Shown: in pieces, positions 51,770 to 64,000 of the stretch
How the letters are laid out: each line of letters opens with the position of its first letter
Position numbering within the stretch: position 1 is the stretch's first letter
From: Ramazzottius varieornatus
Lineage: Eukaryota > Animalia > Tardigrada
DNA length: 64,000 nucleotides
Assembly (NCBI GenBank): GCA_001949185.1
Contig: BDGG01000005.1
Span: forward strand, 2,515,439 to 2,579,438
Direction: 5' to 3'
The notes under the pieces: generated by a model
What the model was told of the DNA's origin: nothing
The model's input: only the letters and a program-made list of their open reading frames with translations
Databases searched by the model: none
Position numbers and translations under genes: made by a program

Positions 51770-54170
51770 GTTTCGTGAACAAACTGGAAATAACCTCGGT
51801 TCGGCACGAACTCGGTGCATGAACTACCACACGAACAATAACTCCGTGCACGAACTCTGGCACGAACTTTGTCTCCGCGCACGAATTGCTTGATTCAGTT
51901 GTTACTAACGTCACAACAGGAACTCTCCAACCAGAAAGTTTGGGGAGAGTTTAGCCAAAGCTGATCGCCCGTCTTTCCGAACATGAAAAAAGGCGGCACA
52001 TTTGCTTCATATTAAGAGTCTAAACGGGCTCTCGTCGCCTATCAGAACAGCACTTTCCAGTTGTTCACAACGGGAAATTCGAAGAAGCTTAACACTTAAA
52101 AGACCACGCAATTCCGAGCTCTGGGAGTACAAGGGGGGTAGATCACCTTCCCCAATTTTTAACTGGCTGAAATCGTGGGGTGGGGTCAGACCGGGCCAAT
52201 CATCACATGTCCGCTTCGCAGTTTTCGAGTGAAATGCGCCACTAAGTGAACCAAAGTGCCAGACATTTCAGTTTTGCTGTGACCCCTGGTCACGCAGCAT
52301 GGAACATACTGAAGCTTCTAAGACGGTACCAATGTACTAGCTCTCTGTCCAATTTTTAAGGAGGCTTTTCGTCAGCCAGCTCCTAAGTAAAAATTTGGTC
52401 TGTCAACTCAAGACAAAAGCTAGTCAGAAACGAAATATTCTCTCGAAAGTTTCAGAAAGCTGCCAGCCAGTTCACGTCTTTTTTAACTGGAAGCGACAAA
52501 GTTTCTGAAAGCAAACGCGAAAATTTGAGAGGAAAGTGTTCAACATAAGCCATTCCGCAAGGCTTTTGGGGTGCGCCAAGCAACCGGAGTAGCCTCTTGG
52601 TCTTTTAAGTGTTAAACGAACGCATTTCGAAGGTTCTCCGTCCAAGATCGCCCGATCTATTAGGAACTGTGAGTCAGCCGTATTCGCCCAAACAATCCAG
52701 GTTTGTGCCCGAAGTGGACCCCGCCGTCATCGAGGAACAGGTGTACGCGAAAAGACGCACACGAGGAAAATTCACTGCCCGGTCGAGTTTAGGATCTCCG
52801 GAAGCGTGTCTAGTGAAGTTGTAAGCGAGGCAATTGTTCAACCGGTCGAAAGCGCTCGGGGTACCCCAGAGATGCCAGATACCGCAACGCAGAGTCTATG
52901 CCAGGCTATATCACCTTTACCGAAAATTGTTATGAATCCTAATCAGGAAAAGAAACCTCGGGGTGGACCTCGCATGATGAAGTAGACCGTTTTGAACTTT
53001 AACAACACCAAAGGTAGTCAGGTGGCAAAGAAGGTTCTGAAAATAACCAGCCTTCAAGACACGGAGAATATGAGCGTAGTAGGAGAACTGACCAGACTCC
53101 CAAGCTGAAGCCAGAACCTGCTAAACCACCAGCACCCAGTGACGATATCGCATATGTCGAACAGCCGGAGTCTAATTCTTGTGAATGCATAATCCATGTA
53201 CATGGTGCTCGTCCACCTCTGGATCCAGACCCGAGACAGCTGCGTCCAAAGGACTCCCACACAGGAGTAACCCTTCCCTCCTCTAACAGTGAGATCTTCC
53301 ATAAAACACAGGCTCCTTGGAAGGAGCATCTTGGCCTCAGCTCTCGGGAATACTTTCATGTCTTGACGGATGAAGGATTACTGAAGTCTAGTCTGATCGA
53401 TGCTGGGGTGTTTTTGTTGCGGAAGTTAGCGCTAGAGCGTCAGATCTTAATTGGTGGCCTAGATTATGTGTGGGATATGCAGACAGACCCAGGAAACAAC
53501 GCCTTTATGGAGCATGGGAGAGCGGTCCAAGTTATCTTTACACCCGGTCATTGGCAAGTCCTAACCCGAGAAGGCAGTCAACTAAAGTTCTATTGTAGTT
53601 TACACTAGAATATGACGGCGGAAACTCAACGACTTATCTCAATATTAACTCAGCACAAGAAGGGCATTACAGTACGAGTCGAGAAGCGCCCGGTCCAGAT
53701 GCAGACTGGGGGTACGGACGGCGGACTAGTTGCTTTAGCGATAACAACGGAATTCCTTCTCGAAAAAGACCCAAGCGAAGCCCGATTCCACCAAGCGAGT
53801 ATGCGGAAACACTTTGAGCAGTGTTTAGAAGTTGAAAGGATCGAAAGAGCCTTTCCGCCTGCTCCGTGTCATAGCCCTGGAAAATCGGACTCACCTGCTT
53901 TCGAATTCGGAGTATCTGAGCATGTGCAATTCAAATCCCCGAAGTAATGGCATCTACCGGCTTCAGAAGGCGCCACGCAACGGCGAACGCGAAGTACCAA
54001 ACACTAGCTTTTGCTTAGATCAGAATTTGATGTCTTAAACCCTTCGAAAACCATCACCGTTGCTTGGCAGAATAAAAGTTCGTATCCTGATGTGAGAGTT
54101 CGTGCAAGGAGTAAAAGGTCGGGTCACAGTTCGTGCGCGCAGAAAAATTCGTAAAGCTCGTGCACGTAGC
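51770..54170 (+). mobile_element. Probable DNA-transposon relic with a degenerate Ulp1/C48-like protease ORF (53363-53947)
   Basis: Clusters of GCACGAACT on the left (51810-51885) and the inverse AGTTCGTGC on the right (54075-54165). ORF fragments GHWQVL..FYCSL*..VQMQTGGTDGGLVALA..DPS..F.QASMRKHFEQCLE..FP. True termini not located. Confidence 0.55.
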
Positions 54171-54358
54171 CTCGACCATTGAAAAAACCAGCGTCAGATA
54201 GACTTGGATTACTGTAACTGGGCGCGAATTTCACGGTGCGATTTATCGTACGTCGTTACTGAAACTTTGATAGCAGGAAGCACGAAACATTTACACGTTT
54301 ACATCTCCTTTGCATTTAACGACAGGCGAATTTCGGATTACAGCAGTCTAATAATTCA

Positions 54359-54402
54359 GATCAAAATCTTTCCTTCATGAGATCAAAATCTTTCCTTCAT
54401 GA
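54359..54402. repeat. Perfect 22-bp tandem duplication
   Basis: GATCAAAATCTTTCCTTCATGA x2. Confidence 0.9.
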
Positions 54403-55196
54403 GAGTTTCGCCGAGCTCTGCAGAACGTGGGTTTAGTAAATACATATACTCCCGAGGCAGTAGACAAGGCCGCGCAGTAGCTCATCAGTCGCCAAGAAGA
54501 CATCGATATAACGCCGCTGGTACTGTACCGTATTTCAAGTGAGCGATAAGGCAATGCTTCCGGGTACGGATTGCTTCAACATTGGGCTCCTTGTGTCCGA
54601 TACAACGTCTGTTGTCTTCATACAGTCCATGAGCCCGTTCGTGTAATTTGAAAAGTGTTCCAAACACTCAGCTCACACTAAAAGCCGCGGTACTATGTCA
54701 AGGGAAGGCTTTGTCAGGGGTGAGTTTTATGAGTTGAATGGATGAAAGTCCTGTTTGTTTGAATAATAAAGCATCTTGACGATCGATAGCGCTACTCATT
54801 GCCGCTGTTTATAACATTATCTCCACTGGATATCTTCATTCATCCGACTTTTTCCGCGTGTGTTGAGTTGATGAACATCGTACCCACTTCAGAAAGTCAT
54901 TCCTCTAATGCGAGGATGCTATCCCATTATATATATTGTGCGTGAATATACTTCATCTTGTCGTTAAGAGTAGAGTATCAGATCTCATGACGATGCTTCG
55001 ACGTGGCATCCTCTCAACGGGATAACAGCAAAAGTATCTGATGAAAGTATCGACCTCCAACATCGTCCGATATGATGTCTGCATAAAGCGTTTTCCGTCG
55101 CGTCGCGGTTCGTTAGTCGAAATTCCTCTCCAGATTTTTTCTTACTTGGCTCCTAAGTATGAACCGGCTGCACCACAGTAACTTCGTATAGCTAGC

Positions 55197-57024
55197 ATGT
55201 CCCATAATTGGTCCTCATCCGTACTTGTCTTCTCATCTTATCAAGATTTCAACTTGACACATTTGGGATATCTGAATACATCCCACGAGCTTGCCGGGCT
55301 CTACGATCATAACGCCACCTCTCACGAACTAGCTGGGTTTCTCGATTACAACATCACGTCTTCTAACGGGAACCGCAGTCATCTGGGCACCGGCAACGCG
55401 ACTCCCTCCACCACTCCACCTACTTATACTAACGAGCAGATCAAGAAGGCCTTTTTTGTCACATGGGTCTTCTACCCGATCCTCTTGGCTTTATGCACAG
55501 TGGGAAACGTCCTCAACTTGATCGTCCTCTTTCACGAGAAACCCAAAGGAAGCACCAATGTCTACATGACGTCGGTCGCTATTGCCGACCTCTTTGTGCT
55601 GTAAGTTTTGCGGCACTCTGGCCAAGAAATATGCTTTATGGAGTGTCGTTGCAAACAGATTTGATTCTTTTGTATCTCTTTTGCAGATGGCTTTTCTTGC
55701 CGCTATATCTAAGGAACATCAGCCCGGCGCTACGTGCAACGCCCAGCTTTATTGAGCCTTTCAAGCGCTTCTACGGCCTGCAGATATGGTGGCAGGAGAC
55801 TTTCATACTGGTTTGCGACTGGTAAGATATCCGACGAAAGAACAAATAAGCTACTGTAGTATATTTTCCGAAATGTTTTGACATCTCCTGGTGCAGTACT
55901 GATAGATCGATCACCCCATGGCTGGACTGTATTCCGCCGCGAGGTGCTCGAGTAGAATGCGAGACTTCTTTCTCATGTTCGGTTCGGTAACGCCTGAAAC
56001 AAATTGACAGATCCTGCGCTTTTTCATCCATCACACGGGTATGTGTTCTGTGCATGCATATCTGCACCGGTGTTTGTTGCAGGACGCTGATCGCATTTTC
56101 ACTTGCGCGGCTTCTCGTCCTTGTTCGGCCTTTTAGTTGGCAATGGATACAGACGGCGAGGACGTCGCGAATCGTCATCACGGTCCTCCTCGTCCTTTCT
56201 CTGCTCTTCACTGTGTACAACCCCGTCCAACAATATTACCTCCTACAGTACAACATCACCTCAGTGGCCAAAGGACCTCAGTGGCTGATAACATGGTCAG
56301 AATTACAGCACCAGGCAGACGTAAGGTTCTACTTTACCTGTTACTACAAAGTGGCGCTCTGAACATATTATGAATCCTGCGTGACTGATCTGTGAGTTTC
56401 TTACAGGTGGCAATGACAATCGTCAAATTTTTCGCTCTGCTGGTCATAAATTGCATGGTAATATGGGCAATAGGCCGACAACAAAAATCTGACGTGGGTA
56501 AGATGCGCGCCGCTCAGGCGAACTCCAAGGCCAAGTACCGCAGCAGCAACCTTATCCTACTGGGTAGTGTTATACTGTACCTTACGACCCAGTTTCCGTC
56601 CTTGGTGGTCAACTGCCTGTATATCGCCGCAGACGACTACAAGACCTACGACTTTCCCCGTTCGGTTCGACTATTCGTTAATCCGTTCGTCAACATTTCC
56701 TTCCTGACAAACTACTCTGTCAACTTCTTTTTGTATCTGACCGTAAGCGAACGCTTTCGTGCGCAGTTTATGGAGGTCTTGGGCAAGAAGTTCTGCCCAA
56801 CGTACGCGGCTAAGTACACCAGATCCTCGAAGAATGGTGGATCGAGTCAAGCCGCCTACAGGAACGGGCAGTACGAAAACAGCGCCATACGGATGAAGCC
56901 TGTGGGAGCGACCCAGAGCAACAGCTCAGCACTGTCCACGAAGACGGCAAGAGTCAATCTTACAGATTTAAAGAGCGTTAGTTCTAACGATGTTTTAGCC
57001 CGAGGACCGAGCTCAAAAGATTGA
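55197..57024 (+). CDS. Class A GPCR, FMRFamide/sex-peptide/myosuppressin receptor-like, ~464 aa
   Basis: Exons 55197-55600, 55687-55821, 56083-56320, 56407-57024 (1395 nt). TM1 GNVLNLIVL, TM2 STNVYMTSVAIADL, TM3 end FSLARLLVLVRPF, TM6 YLTTQFP, TM7 NYSVNFFLY..SERFR. N-glycosylation sequons in the N-terminus. Confidence 0.9.
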
Positions 57025-58091
57025 TCTATGTTTCCTGCTATGGTATTTCAGCTCGATGCACTGCAGCACACAACACACTTCCAGCCCTGTGAAATCATAC
57101 ACTAAAGAATCAGTCTTTTGATTTTCATACGATTTCTGCCTGCGTGTACGCTCTGACATACAGTATGAAGGCTTTGTGTACGGTACAAACTAGTACAAAC
57201 ACCACGGTCCCAAAAATCCAGCCCCTGAAGTATGAGAATGCAGGATCGTGGTGACACAAAATGCATTCGTGCACCCATACCTAATGTCGACCACCGTTGA
57301 TCCATGCCATGAGGCCACGTGGTCCCGTGTAAGGATGTAACTTGTGTACAGTCCGGTCGTTCGAAATCCGTACCAAATTTTTTAGATTTGTAAACCGCGA
57401 AATCATTCAAAGTTAACCGCACAGCTCGTCATGCTCACACAGCTGGTTGTCTGCGACTTGATTACTTCGTTACCCCAGTCAAAGCACGGTGTAATGCATG
57501 TGTTATGTAGTTTTGGCATTTAGCTTGGCATGCAGTATAGTGAATGTATGGCGGGCCCTAGACTGAAATCCGAAAATTTGGTACGGATTTCGAACAACCG
57601 GACTGTATTGGCTGTCATAGAGGGTTGCAGCGGAGTTTGGCCGGAAAAAATCAGAAACGTATACGAAGAACCCGGAAGAAACGCAGTCACACAGCAAGGG
57701 CGTGGTCGAAAATGCCGTATATCGACCAACTGACGGTCGAGGGATGCATTTGATGCGCCTATCTAGTTTTGCATGACGACTAGCTGCATGATCCATGAGG
57801 ATTCATTTTATTACACGAGTTCAAATTCACGGTGACGCGCGACATAAACTGAGATCTAATATCCTTGACACTTGTAACCTTGAATACTGCAAGCGGAGGT
57901 GAATGGATCATCGAAGTGCTTTGTCTAGCAAGTTGTCGGTTCTTATGATTTTAAGAACACATCAAAAGCTGGACTCTTTTTGCGAAATGTCACACTCAAT
58001 TCTTCACCGCGGCCGTAATGGATTTCGCATATACTGTACAACTGTCTGATAAAAGACCTTCGCGATCAGCCCATCTGCATTAAAAACTCAT

Positions 58092-58734
58092 TTCATACCA
58101 ATTTACGGCCTTTTTCGATCGAAATCCTGCCAAAATCAGATAGCAAGCTGATTACACGTTGATTTCAAGTTCAGTTAAGCTCCGTTTCACGAGTACCGTA
58201 CTTTTAAATCTCGTCTGTCCAAGTTCAGAGGAAATTCCAATCGAGCTGGAATCTTCTCTGCGACCATATTTGTTCATCTGAGCTATCGGATGGCAGTTGC
58301 CGAAAATCGGGATCAGCTCTTGGTCGTCCCGCTACCGGGGAAGATCAGCTGATAAGATCTCCGCTTCCCGTCAGTATGGCCCCGGCACGAGCTCTAACGC
58401 GTAAACTAAGCCCGGGTACAGATGTGCGGCTGGTCCGTCAATCAACGCGTATTCTAGATCAAAACGTGAAATGTTTTGCGATCAGANNNNNNNNNNNNNN
58501 NNNNNNNNNNNNNNNNNNNNNNNNNNNNNNNNNNNNTACTCGTGAAACGGAGCTTGGATCAGATTTCGTGCGTAGGATTCGTGAGTGGAAAACTTTAGAG
58601 CAGGAACCAAGAGCTCGACTGCGCTGGTCCCACCCACAAAATCTGATCTAACTGAGCTTGAAATCAGCGTTTAATCAGCTTTTTGTCTCATTTTGGCAGG
58701 ATGTCGATTAAAAACGGCCGTGAATTGGCATGAA
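58092..58734. repeat. Long imperfect inverted repeat (fold-back/MITE-like) spanning an assembly gap
   Basis: 58092-58177 is the approximate reverse complement of 58649-58734; AGCTCCGTTTCACGAGTA (~58179) pairs with TACTCGTGAAACGGAGCT (58537). Confidence 0.7.
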
Positions 58735-59002
58735 GGGAGCGGTGCCTTTCTCCGCCACATATTTACTATTTAAAACCTTAAAGACCGATTTCCTCGAGAG
58801 ACATGTCCTCAAGAGTAGTGCTCTCATCCAGCCGTATCATTTCAGACACGCCAGTTTCGATACCGCCAGATATTGGATCATGGGATTGTACCTCACTTGA
58901 ATTTCGAGCAAGGTCCACCTGAGCTCAACTACCTTCCTTCGTAGCTACTTTAGATGGCTCTCGTCGCACATATTTCCCTATTGCTTTTCCTACGATACAC
59001 AG

Positions 59003-61488
59003 ATTATTCGTACTTGTCAGAAGTTGGGATGGTGGTCGAGGAGGCTAACCGTGAATATAACAACCACCTACATTTCGAGCTGGTATCTCTCACACGTCCA
59101 GATGTCACTTCCTGCTTGCTGATAGCGGCGAACATCGTGGAACTGGCCAGCGAGTACTATTACCGGCATCTACCACCCCAGAATGGTTTGATGGTTTTCG
59201 CTCCAGGTAAGAACTCTCAGCTTCATGTACGCAGTTCCACGTATGAGCCGCATTCTTCACAATAGGTTGTTTTGCTTCCAAGATGGAAATCGCTCCGCTT
59301 ATGACCGGTAAGTACACATCCCTAAAGTCAATCACAGCGGAACATGATGAGTTTCTGTTCGACGTAGACCATACTAATCAAAACCTGCGGGTCGATTGAC
59401 TGGTCTGCTGTGTCTTAGGCTGGGATATCCCCATCGTTTCCATGTACGTTCGAACTGAACAGTCTGAAGCAAACTGCATATTTTCACACCTTCCCGTGCT
59501 GTGTATTACTGTGTACACTGTAGGACCAGCTCCCCGCAAGAACTTCGTGACAAAGCGAAGTACCCGACTGTCGCTTCCATGAGCGTTTCGGACAATGCGG
59601 TGATGAATAGCTTTCTGGAACACATCTTAACAAACTTCGGATGGACAACCGTGTTTTTCCTATGCGATGTCAACGAAGAAAAGATCCTTTTTTATATCGT
59701 CAACTGCGCCACTTTAAAGCGAAGTTTGCGTGGCAGAGGAAGGTTTTTGATACACGAAGCAATTTTCCACAGCTCCGCTGCTAACGAATCAGTTTATCTT
59801 CATGCTATCGGAAAGATCCCGTCGGTGGCAAGGGGTACGTCACCTTTCTGTTATCGTCCCTCCGTACAGCCATATCTCAAGCAAGTCCATGTTCCTGAAC
59901 CGTGATCTGTTCATAGTGGTGCTCGTATTCGCGGATATTCAAGCGGTCCGCAAAGTCATGGTCAGTTAGACTACGTACCGTCCACGTACAATGCAAAATT
60001 ATGGGACAGGCCTTTCCGTACACGTACGGCTGATTCAGTTTAATGGACTATGCGACAATTTTCTACGGTTGAACTTCCATTTGCCGTCCTTTGCGTCTGT
60101 CCCATAATTTCTCATTATACGTGTAGTGAGTTTAGTTCGGCTTAATTATCGACTCTGGATCATCTATGCCCTCTCACTTTGCGAAACCGTACATGCTTAC
60201 AGATCTCAGCGCACAGGAACCGTATGACAAGTGGTGAATTCGTGAGTTAGCCTTAGTTCTCACGCACCTTGCCCAGGAAAATTCCGTTATTTTGTGGTTG
60301 CAGGTTTTTCTGTCGATGCAGCCTTTCAGGCTTACTCCCTTGTTTCCCTGCTTCACCTGGAATTTCGACGAACCGGAGGATGAGGTACGATTTCGAACCA
60401 CAAAATAGCACATGATCATGACTAGACCGAGCTCTGGTGAAGCCACGCCCCAACAGACGCTCGCCAAACTTCACCAAATGTGTCCTGGTTGGTAGGTGGC
60501 CCGAGAGGCATTCCGTGTTCTGTATTACGTCACCAGTGACACGGAAACCTTGGTCAGCAATATTCCAGCCCGGTTACTGAACAAAACGATGCGGATGGAA
60601 AGAGAGTATCCGTTATGCGACAATCAAGCAGAAGTCAGTAATCGGAAGTAGCGCCTGTTACTATTGCGGCTTGCACTGACTGGAATGCACCAATCTAGCT
60701 ATAGACCGGTATCTTTAGATTCCAGTGGAGCCACTGACCTCCTACGCTACCATCATGCTTTTCGGAAAGGTACGTTATATAATTTGCCAGAACTCAACCT
60801 GGTTTCGCGATTATCGGTACACAATTCTAAGTTTAGCTCGCGAGCGAGATCTTGGAGAGGAAACCTTCAGGCAATCTCCGTACCGCTATGAGCGGGTCCC
60901 AGGTGGTTACGATGTTCACCAATCGCACTTTCAACGTCTTGTCCGAGATTGTCACGTTCGACAAAGATGCATTCCGATTGCCAAACAACATTATGAAACA
61001 ATTTAACTATACATCAGGGAACTTTGAGGTGAGTTCAGGAGGAAAGCTCTCACTAAACATATCCACAAAAAAAACAAGGAAACTTGCTCTAAGACACTTG
61101 AGGATTCCAGAATGTGCTTTACTATTGGGGAAACAATCGCTCGCATTCCCTACCTTTCGGACGAAACCTTACGTGGCTCGCTGGTTTCCCTCCTCTAAAC
61201 GAGCCGCGGTGTGGATTCAATGGAGACAAGCCCGAATGCCGGTCACGAAATTCAGCTGCACTCGAAATTATTACGTCGACCCTGCTGTTCTTCTGGTTAT
61301 TAGGCTCGGCTTGCACGTATCGGTACGGTACTCGTACTGTACATGCGGACATGTGATAGAACTCCATTTTGTTGACCATTGCGCACGCTGGAACGAACAT
61401 CTTTCTTGTGTGCAGGTTGATAAGAAGCTCTACTGCCAACGACACGTTTCGAAGGATGCTGCTTTCGGATATAGAATTTACCATGTAG
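59003..61488 (+). CDS. Natriuretic-peptide-receptor-like (ANF_receptor ectodomain) single-pass protein with a short tail and no kinase or cyclase domain; 5' exon unresolved
   Basis: About 12 short in-phase exons: VEEANREY, APGC, GWDIPIVS, LRDKAKYPT, LTNFGWTTVFFLCD, ARVVLVF, MTSGEFVFL, NRTF, juxtamembrane PPLNEPRCGFNGDKPEC, TM LEIITSTLLFFWLLGSAC, then YRLIRSSTANDTFRRMLLSDIEFTM-stop. Confidence 0.75.
59984..60123. repeat. Small intronic inverted-repeat element
   Basis: acgtacaatgcaaaattatgggacag pairs with ctgtcccataatttctcattatacgt. Confidence 0.6.
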
Positions 61489-63469
61489 ACATGACACAGT
61501 ATCTGACGCCAGTTCCCGTTATGGATTTGATCCGTCGTTCTTGTTTATCCTCCCCGAGATCATTCTGGAGATCGTTCGAGCAGCCCAGAGTGTGAGCATA
61601 GTTAGCTGAGGACAGAAGTGTATATTTGGACATCAGAGTCTCAGACGGTGTGAGCGCTAGCTATAGTGAGTTTTCAGTTCTACTTAAGACCTTGAGCATC
61701 GGGTGGTAAACTCACTTTCCCGGCGCATACTATCAGGTGCGGAAGTATGACTTGCAACTTTTGGAAACCTTCAACTTCAAAAATTTGTGTTTTTGCTCTC
61801 CCTCGTCAGACTGTCCTGGAACTTTCGGTCACTTGACAGACTCTTCTCTATCTATACTAATGGTCAAGCGTTTCAGGTTTTGTAGCTCGCTAGTGAAGGA
61901 TAAATAATTTTGTTGGGGCCGGAGAGAAGGGAAATTTCGAATCATTTGGGAATCCCAATCTTTCTGGTACACCATGCTTCGCACACAAAAAACAATACCG
62001 GTTTAGTATGTAGTAGTGAATAGGCTAGCAGAGAGTACGAGGGAGGTTTGACAGATTGTTTCCTTTCTGGAGACGTTTTACTCGAAAGATATTCCTTCCG
62101 AAGACGGAGACTGAAAGTGAACAACAACCTGCTGAAAGAGCTGGTCAAACTCGATCCTTCCCAAATTATCGTAAAACTTCTACGAGACTGTGACATTCAC
62201 TAAACTATCGCCAGGCATTCACAAGAAAAAGGGAAGACAAGAAATTAGGGAAAATCTGTCCCCGTTTACTTTGCGCACCTCTGGAAAATGCAGAGTTCCG
62301 CCTTTCTTTTCATTCCTTATCGCGACCAGAAACGTGCCGACTTCAGACCATAGCACAGCCGCGGATAGTAGACAGACTTCACAGGATGCTTCTAAGCAAG
62401 AATTGGACTGCTGAGACAGAGCGAAAGCGACACCGAAAGAAGACTACGGTGGCTTTCTCGTCGCCATCTTGCGGTCCAGACCGCTATGAATTTCTACCAC
62501 ACAGCAAAGCGATAGTGCCGTACCGAATCTCTCTGGAAACGGAAGAGTGGAAGGAAAAGCTTGCCGTGCAACGACCGAAATCATTTAGTGTAGCGAAGCC
62601 ACTACTGTTGCAAGACAGATCCAGAGTGCTGACTGCACAAAACACTCTCGGAAAACTGTCAGAGGTGGAACCGCAAACTCCCTTTCTCACTTCTTGTAGT
62701 CGGGACCGAGCAACATCAGATTATCAATATTCCTAGAAATTAAAGCATCCAGCGAGAGAGAAAAACTTTCTCGCAACAGGCTGTAAAAAATGGCGTTAAA
62801 AATTTTAGTTTCCCTTTTCCCTCATGCTCCTACAGTATCGGCATGAATTCACTGCAGAAAAAATGGCGGAATTACTTCACCAGTTTAGACATTTAAGGGG
62901 TTCAATAAGTCTGAAATCTGAAGTCAGGAAAAATTTTCGAGAACTTCCCTCCAGACAGTTGCAAGTCATACTTCCGCACCTAATAATATGTCCACTGTCC
63001 ACAAGAAAAACCCGACCCCGCTACTCTCTCATCCAAAGCTTCATAACTTTTGTTTCAACAATCCGCAAACTCTGAACTACAAACTTTGAACTGCTTCTGG
63101 ATGCGGAGGATTTTGTCTACTTGGTCACGCACTGTTCAAAGGCGCCAAGCAGCAAATCAATTGACAGGGTAACGTTTGCCACTCGAAAACTGCCCTGTTT
63201 TAGGAGCAGCAAGGCATGGTCCGATCACCGAAGAACAAGGAAGCCTTTCCGTTTAACACTCTGAGCACCACGCGATTTCATGCTGTTAGAATACCAAGGG
63301 TACAACTCACTTGCGCACCGTTTTAACTGGTCGAGAGAAGGGGGGCGGTACAAAGCGACCAATCAAAATACACCCACGTGAAGTGGCGAACGATACCATA
63401 TGGAAACAACACTGTGTACCGCCAGTTGACCTGGGTAATGATGCAGTAGATTTACTTTGATATTCGATT

Positions 63470-64000
63470 TCATTTAGATTTCTTCTCGCTGCAGTCTAGA
63501 CAAAAAACCATCTGTTTTGCTGATCTATGGACAGAACAAACATGAAGACTACACAGACTGCAAGTGATGATACTTCTTCGCCCAAGACTCCGTGGGCAAA
63601 ATCGACAGCGAGTTGGCTTCTTTTGCAAAGCTTTCGGTTTGCTTGTGTTGGCCATCTCATCTACTGCTTGATCTGAAGATACTTGGACGCGTGGTACAAC
63701 GGTCGATACGAATTTCTTCATGCTGAAACTAATACTAGGCGTCGTGGAGCGTCTCAGGAGCTGTCGTTGCATCATCTTCTTACTAACGTCTTGAAGGAAC
63801 ATCCGACGTTTGGTGGGCAACGTGGAATTCCAACCAGGGTTGATCTCGCACCATATGATGTACGCATCGAGCGCTGAGATGTCCAGAATGTCGTAAAACA
63901 ACGCCATCGGCCAACGACTGGTCTTACGTCGACAACTGTAGTTTCCGGTGAGCTGGTCCAGAGTGTCTACCCCGGCTTTCGTTCGGTTGTACTCCATCAC
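63470..64000 (-). mobile_element. piggyBac transposase (PGBD4-like), C-terminal part; runs off the window
   Basis: YNRTKAGVDTLDQL..YS.RRKT.RWPMALFYDILDISA and C-terminal Cys-rich domain RCRFC..C..C..HVC..H..C..C. Candidate terminus TTAA|CACT at 63253-63260. Confidence 0.88.

Noticed and set aside
61680-63240. TTAA-bounded repeat-like DNA and ORFs at 62190-62736 as possible continuation of the NPR-like gene
   Set aside because: No kinase or cyclase motifs, and no matching TIR pair could be defined.

Overview
Eukaryotic (animal) genomic DNA with compact genes and short GT-AG introns, plus two 50-N gaps. Gene content and style (intron-rich natriuretic-peptide-receptor-like ectodomain gene, FMRFamide-type GPCRs) suggest a small invertebrate such as a tardigrade; that is inference. 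I assembled the spliced genes by hand: a furrowed/CG9095-like sushi + F-type lectin + C-type lectin membrane protein, a Ly6/quiver-like protein, an orphan low-complexity gene, TBPL1/TRF2, a secreted C2-like protein only partly visible in the ORF track, an Olig-family bHLH, RTF2 head-to-head with RACGAP1, a VWC-TM-PPxY protein, a peptide GPCR with a pseudogene copy, and an NPR-like receptor with no cyclase domain. Mobile DNA includes a triple nest (hAT-like MITE > decayed Helentron/Helitron2 > second hAT-like MITE, both MITEs with clear 8-bp TSDs), a two-copy TIR family, a Ulp1-protease-bearing relic and a piggyBac transposase 3' end. The most unusual pattern is a dispersed, fixed-length (~49 bp) palindromic element, CAAGTGGCGC-N29-GCGCCACTTG, in 12 non-coding copies with conserved arms and a divergent spacer.
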